Shown one piece after another: positions 58,690 to 64,000 of a stretch of 64,000 bases of DNA. Position numbers and translations under genes: made by a program. The notes under the pieces were generated by a model that was not told the origin of the DNA, did no database searches, and saw only the letters and a list, made by a program, of their open reading frames with translations. Numbering within the stretch: position 1 is the first letter of the stretch; every line of letters begins with the position of its first letter. The stretch is from Neodothiora populina. Lineage: Eukaryota. The stretch is taken from positions 496,001 to 560,000 of the forward strand of contig NW_027191406.1 in NCBI RefSeq assembly GCF_041146345.1, in the 5' to 3' direction.

Positions 58690-61600
58690 CCCACAACAGC
58701 AGCAGCCGCAACCACCTTCACAACCGCCACCGTCCGCTCTGCCTGCCGCTGTACGACCTCAGAGATCCTCTGATGGTGGAGGACCGGGCTCTCAGATTCC
58801 AACTTTGAATGGATCCCAGGCAGTACGAGATGCTAGAGCACAGCACACTCCCACACCTGGCACTAGTGTCAGCACCATAAATTCTCTCGACGAGAAGACT
58901 TCTTTGCGCAACCTGGCCGACAACGCCATGCGCATGGAGAAAGCAAGTCACACCCCAAGCCCGGAGCAGAAAGTCATGCGCGACCGCGCCGATAGCGATG
59001 TGAATGTGAGTCGGGCGCGCGCTAATTCTGCGTTGCGCACTCAATCTAATAAACAGCAGCCTGGTCGTATGGCAATGGGTCCTCCACGGCCTTCTCAGGA
59101 TCCCTCTCCATATCCATGGTCGCAGCGCAGCGTTGCCTTCACCGTCCCTATCAATCATCCATTTCCACGCTACGGTGCTGCGGTCAACTCTGTTGCGTCC
59201 AAGGATGGCGCTATCTACATCATGGGAGGTCTGATAAATGGTTCCACCGTCAAGGGTGATTTATGGATGTTGGAGGCAGCTCCTGCTGCTCTGACCTGTT
59301 ATCCCGTCTCTACCACCTCCGAAGGTCCGGGCCCTAGAGTTGGACACGCCAGTTTGCTCGTCGGAAATGCCTTCATCGTCTTTGGTGGTGACACCAAAAC
59401 CGAAGAGACGGATATGCTTGACGATACACTTTATCTTCTGAATACCTCTACGAAACAATGGTCCAGAGCTGTCCCGGCAGGCCCACGTCCACCTGGTCGC
59501 TACGGTCATTCCTTAAATATCCTGGGTAGCAAGATCTACATCTTCGGTGGGCAAGTCGAGGGATTCTTCTTCAATGATCTAGTCGCCTTCGACCTGAACG
59601 CGCTCCAACAAGCCAGCAATCGCTGGGAAGTGCTGATACAGAACACAATCGACGGTGGCCCGCCTCATGGCCAAATCCCGCCTGCTCGCACTAACCACTC
59701 GATTGTGACATGGAATGATAGGTTATATCTGTGAGTTTCGCCTTCCGAGCCTTGGCTTGTCGTTCAATACTGACTCTGACCCACCTCAGATTTGGTGGCA
59801 CTGATGGCGTAACCTGGTTCAACGACGTCTGGTCTTACGACCCCAAAACAAACTCATGGACGCAATTAGAGTGTATAGGCTACATACCTGCTGCCAGAGA
59901 GGGTCATGCTGCTGCCTTGGTTGGCGACGTCATGTACGTTCTTGGAGGTAGGACCGAAGAGGGTAATGATCTTGGGGACTTGGCCGCATTCCGCATCTCT
60001 TCCAGACGTTGGTACACGTTTCAGAACATGGGGCCTTCACCATCACCTCGATCCGGCCATAGCATGACAGCTTTTGGCAAACACATTGTCGTGGTTGGCG
60101 GCGAGCCCAGCTCGGCGCCCCGTGACGCTGGTGAGCTAAGCCGCGCCTACTTCCTGGATACAAGTAAGATTAGATATCCAGCCGACTCACAGTCACAGAC
60201 ACCTGTGGAACAACGTGTTCAAGGACATCGGAGACCCAGCGGAGAGAAGCCCAGTGGCATCCCGATGACTCGCGCCATACCGCCTCGAGACCACGTTGAC
60301 TCTGGCTTTGACGGTTCTCGCCGCATCGGCAGAGATGGACCTTCGCCGGCACCGCGTGTCAACGACGTCGCAAACGGCGGCTCTCGTCTGCCACGGGCCG
60401 CAGGGATGTCCAGCCAACCCATGTCTGGCGCATCAACGCCGCGAGTTCAGAGTCCCCAGAGTCGACAACCAACCCGGCCGGAGAGACCAGATCGTGCTTT
60501 CAGTCCCACTGCTGACGCCCCAGCGTTTCTGCCCATGGACCGTATGGTCACATCTCCCGACAACACAATGGTACCAAGAGACCGCCACGGCGTTTCATCA
60601 CCTACCGCCGGACTCGAGCAAAGCTATCCTGAGCAAAACCATCCTGAGCAACGAGAAGTTGTCGAGCAAATTGCCAAGCCTTCTACTTATCAGCCATTCC
60701 CTGTCGCCGAGCCCCAGACCAACGTCGACTCTGCTGCGCCCAACAGATCCGCCTCGGTAGGGAAGCAGCCGCAACAACCACAGCAACCACCGCAACCTCA
60801 AGAGACACAGCAAGCACAGCAGCATCCTCAACACGTGGAGGAGGGTCCTCGCGCCTCTACTGATGAGCAGCATCCCTCTGGGAGGGTGCTAGACTCCCGA
60901 CAGAGCAATGACCGTGGCGGCTTCGTCGATAGTGGTGTCGGCTCATCACCTGCTCTGAATCAACTGACTGATAATCTATCGAAAGAGCTGGAAACGGAAA
61001 AGAGCAAGAACGCCTGGTATGCATCTGAGCTTGCTCTTGCTCGCAAGGCCGGGTACTCGCGTAGCACAACGAACAGCCCTGCGCTTGATGAACGCTCTGC
61101 GGATGCTTTTACCGAGGAAGATAGACCTCTCGTCGAAGCTCTTCTCAGGATGCGTGCTGAGCTTGGCAAGGTGCAAGGGTCTATTGAGAGTCAGGCAAGT
61201 GCGGCAGCGGCAAGAATCGCAGAAGTTGAGAAGCAGAGAGATGCCGCCATAAATGAGGCTGTCTTTGCGAAAGCCAAGCTGGCCGCACAAGGCGGTAGTT
61301 CGCCACTTCTCAATGATGAACGTGAGGGAACGCCAGATGCCGACCGAGCGGGCGAAATGAATAGAAGATTGGCGTCGTCTCTTGCAGCTCAGGCTGAGCT
61401 TTCACGCAAACTTGACAGCCTGATCCATGAGATAGAAGCAGAGAAGACAGCGCGCGAAGTAGCCGAGGAGACCGCGGAAGCTGCCCAGAAGCGCGTCACG
61501 GAGTTGGATAACGACAGGCAACAACACGCCTCCGTGATTGAAACTCTGCGCGGTGAACTTCATGAAGCCCAGAAAGCGTCGAGAGAAGTTGCTGCAAATT

Positions 61601-63492
61601 TCAGTGAAGTCTCTTCGGCACATCAGCTCTTGATTGTGGATCATAAGGAACTGAACACGAAGCACACCAGCATTTTGGAACAGTCCAGAACTCACAGCTC
61701 AATCCTGTCCTCCCTGCGCGAATCGTTAGCAGCTTCGACGGAGAAAGCCAACTTGCTCGAGCAGAAGCTTACGGAAGAGCGTGCCGCACGCGATGAGCTT
61801 GAAGAAAAGTACAATCTTCTCAAAACCCAGCACGACGAGCGTACGAACGAGCTTGAAACGACATCTAGACGTCTTCGAGCTGCCTCTGAGCTCGCCGAGA
61901 AGAACGCAGCCGAGGCGGCTACACATCGCCAAGCTGTGCTGGAAAGCTTGGATAAGTATACCAGCCGCGATATCGACGGAGGGTCCTTGGTCGAGGAGCG
62001 TGTCACGATCCTTCAACAGCAAGTTGATTCTGCGAACGCTATGGTACGACAGAACCAAGCTGCTGCCGACTCGGCATCAGAGAAACTTCGTCGCGCAGAG
62101 GAAAGGATCGCTGGTCTCGAAGCCTACCAGGAGCAGGCCAGTCGGGAAGGCTTGAGCATCAGGAAACAGCTCCAGACTGCTCTCAAAGAGGCGAAGACGC
62201 TCAACGAGGAGAAGGCAGAGCTGCAACAACAGATCCAGAGCCAGCAACTCGAGACTAATGCTATCGCCGTCCAGCATGGTGCTCTGAAGAACATCCTTGC
62301 CGAGCGAGGTGTCAACCCCACGGAAGCTCGCAAGTCCAGAGTTCTTGATTCACCAGCATCCCAGATGCGTTTCAGCACCCCCGACCTGCAGCGAGTGAAG
62401 GAACTCGAGCAAGAGCTTGAGGCTTCGCTCAAGTCGCATGATGACATGAAAGCGCATCTCGAAGATATCCAAGATCGCGAAGGATTGACGCGTAAGGAGT
62501 ACGAGGAGAAACTCACTGCGTTGGATCAAGACCATCAAGCTGCCGTCAAGTATTTGCGTGGCACGGAGAAGATGCTGAGTAAGATGAAGCAAGAGCTGCA
62601 GCGGGTTAAGAACCAAGCTGTCGACTACCAGAAAGAGTTGGAGAGTTACAAGACAAGAGATGGCACAAGGAGTCAGACACCCGCCGGGTGGGAGCAGGAG
62701 AGAGATGGCCTTCGACGTGACCTGGAGCGAACGCAGACAGAGTTCGAGGCAAAGATTCAGGAGCTGCATACCGAACTTGGTAGCAGGGAGAGTGATATCC
62801 ACCAGTTGCGCTCTTCTCACGACAGTGCGCGTGCTGACCTCACCAGCCTGCAGGCGACTAATGCTGCGTCTCGCGCTGACCTTGAGCGTCTGCAACGCGA
62901 GAACAACGTGCTAGAGGAGCGGGCTCATCTGGCGGAAAACAAAGTCAAGCTACTACTGGACCAGGTCGAGTCTTCGGTTGACAACTATCGCCGCCAATCC
63001 TCACAGCATTACAACACCAACGGATCAGGGCACCACCGAGGGTTCAGTGATTCCAGCATGACGACGGTCAATGCTCCCACACATCTGATGACTCACCGTC
63101 GCGGCGAGTCCCTGGGTGGCGACAGCATGTATTCACAGAGTATAGCACCTTCGGAAGCTGAAGGTGGCCACGACGACCTTGCGGACGGACGCAATAGCCT
63201 TGCTCTCGACAGTCTGGCATCTGAGCTCGATGCTCTGAGGTCTCATTGGGAGACAACCAACAAGAGCTACCGTCTAAGCAGCAGCGGCGGCGGTCTCGAT
63301 TACGACAAGACACCGACTAGTGGTACCGCACCCAATGAATTCGGTGGGGGCGGTCTGGCCAACTGGCGACGTGGTCTTGCCGAGGACGAAGACGAGAGCA
63401 GACCGAGCACGTCGGGTTCAGGCTCAACCAGGCACACGGTGACTCCCAACGGTAGGGGCGTAGTGAGTCCCTTTACCAGTCGTCACGAGTGA
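58592..63492 (+). CDS. teaA: Kelch-repeat cell-end marker / polarity protein (Tea1/TeaA/Kel1)
   Basis: Kelch repeats (PFPRYGAA, GPRVGHAS, PGRYGHSL, PARTNHS, AREGHAA, SPRSGHSM) and a long C-terminal coiled coil (NAWYASELALARKAGY, LDSLASELDALRSHWE). Introns 59006-59056 (probable) and 59731-59789. Confidence 0.92.
58619..58687 (+). repeat. Compound (CAG)7 CAA (CAG)2 (CAA)13 repeat encoding Q23
   Basis: Direct reading. Starts at codon 10 of teaA. Confidence 0.95.
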
Positions 63493-63814
63493 GACGAATT
63501 GCATGAGAGTGAGAGACATGAAAGAATCCCCGCAGGCTGTCCGACGACGACGGACGGTCTTTTTGCTGTAATTGTTTGTTGTCGTCGTTGTTCTTGTCGA
63601 TCGAGCATCAACCATCCCTCGAGGTGTCTTTTGGCTCACTTTATTGATTAATTGTTTTTTGTTTGCTGTTTCTGTTGCTGCAATATACCTACATTGTTTA
63701 TTTTCAGGGGTTACACTGCTAGGGGGTAAATTTATTCCCAGCTGTATTGGTTTTTTTTTGGGGAGCTCATCCAACTATCTCAAGTTTTCGATCCGGGCTC
63801 CTTTTATGTCCGGA

Positions 63815-63841
63815 TGCTGCTGCTGCTGCTGCTGCTGCTGC
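63815..63841. repeat. (TGC)9 microsatellite downstream of teaA
   Basis: Direct reading of the sequence. Confidence 0.9.
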
Positions 63842-64000
63842 AAGAAGAACAAAATGTATTATACAAAAACTTTGGGAATTGCAGTGCAACGTTTCTTATG
63901 GTAGCGACACTATCTATCTTTTGAGCTCTGTGATTTGGCTTCTACCAATCCGCATGTTGTGAAGATCGGGTATTCATCAATTGGTAAAGCTGCGTGTCTT

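Noticed and set aside
1..64000. CRISPR arrays, rRNA, spliceosomal snRNAs, telomerase template, transposase or retroelement ORFs
   Set aside because: None recognised by eye. Short or degenerate elements could have been missed without Rfam or repeat-library searches.

Overview
Gene-dense eukaryotic DNA from a filamentous ascomycete, probably a Dothideomycete (inferred from intron style and protein similarity). It holds about 23 protein-coding genes, many with short GT-AG introns that I resolved by hand, plus two tRNA genes. Housekeeping genes are JSN1-like PUF/RRM, ALG5, STE14, ISY1, a PPR protein, CAB2, ANXC4, MIX17, LRP1, KOG1/raptor and TeaA/Kel1. Other genes include a secreted nucleoside-hydrolase-like protein, xanA, a Zn2Cys6 transcription factor, a divergent thaumatin-like protein and two orphan proteins. 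The main feature is a complete carotenoid-retinal-rhodopsin cluster (carX-carRA-carB-carO) bracketed by tRNA-Gly and initiator tRNA-Met. Its carB is frameshifted at a G7 run, and the carB and carO upstream regions are rich in GATC. The best candidate for something undescribed is a possible unannotated, spliced and structured minus-strand transcript at about 48.5-49.15 kb. No transposon, rRNA or CRISPR array was recognised. All counts were made by eye and no database searches were run.
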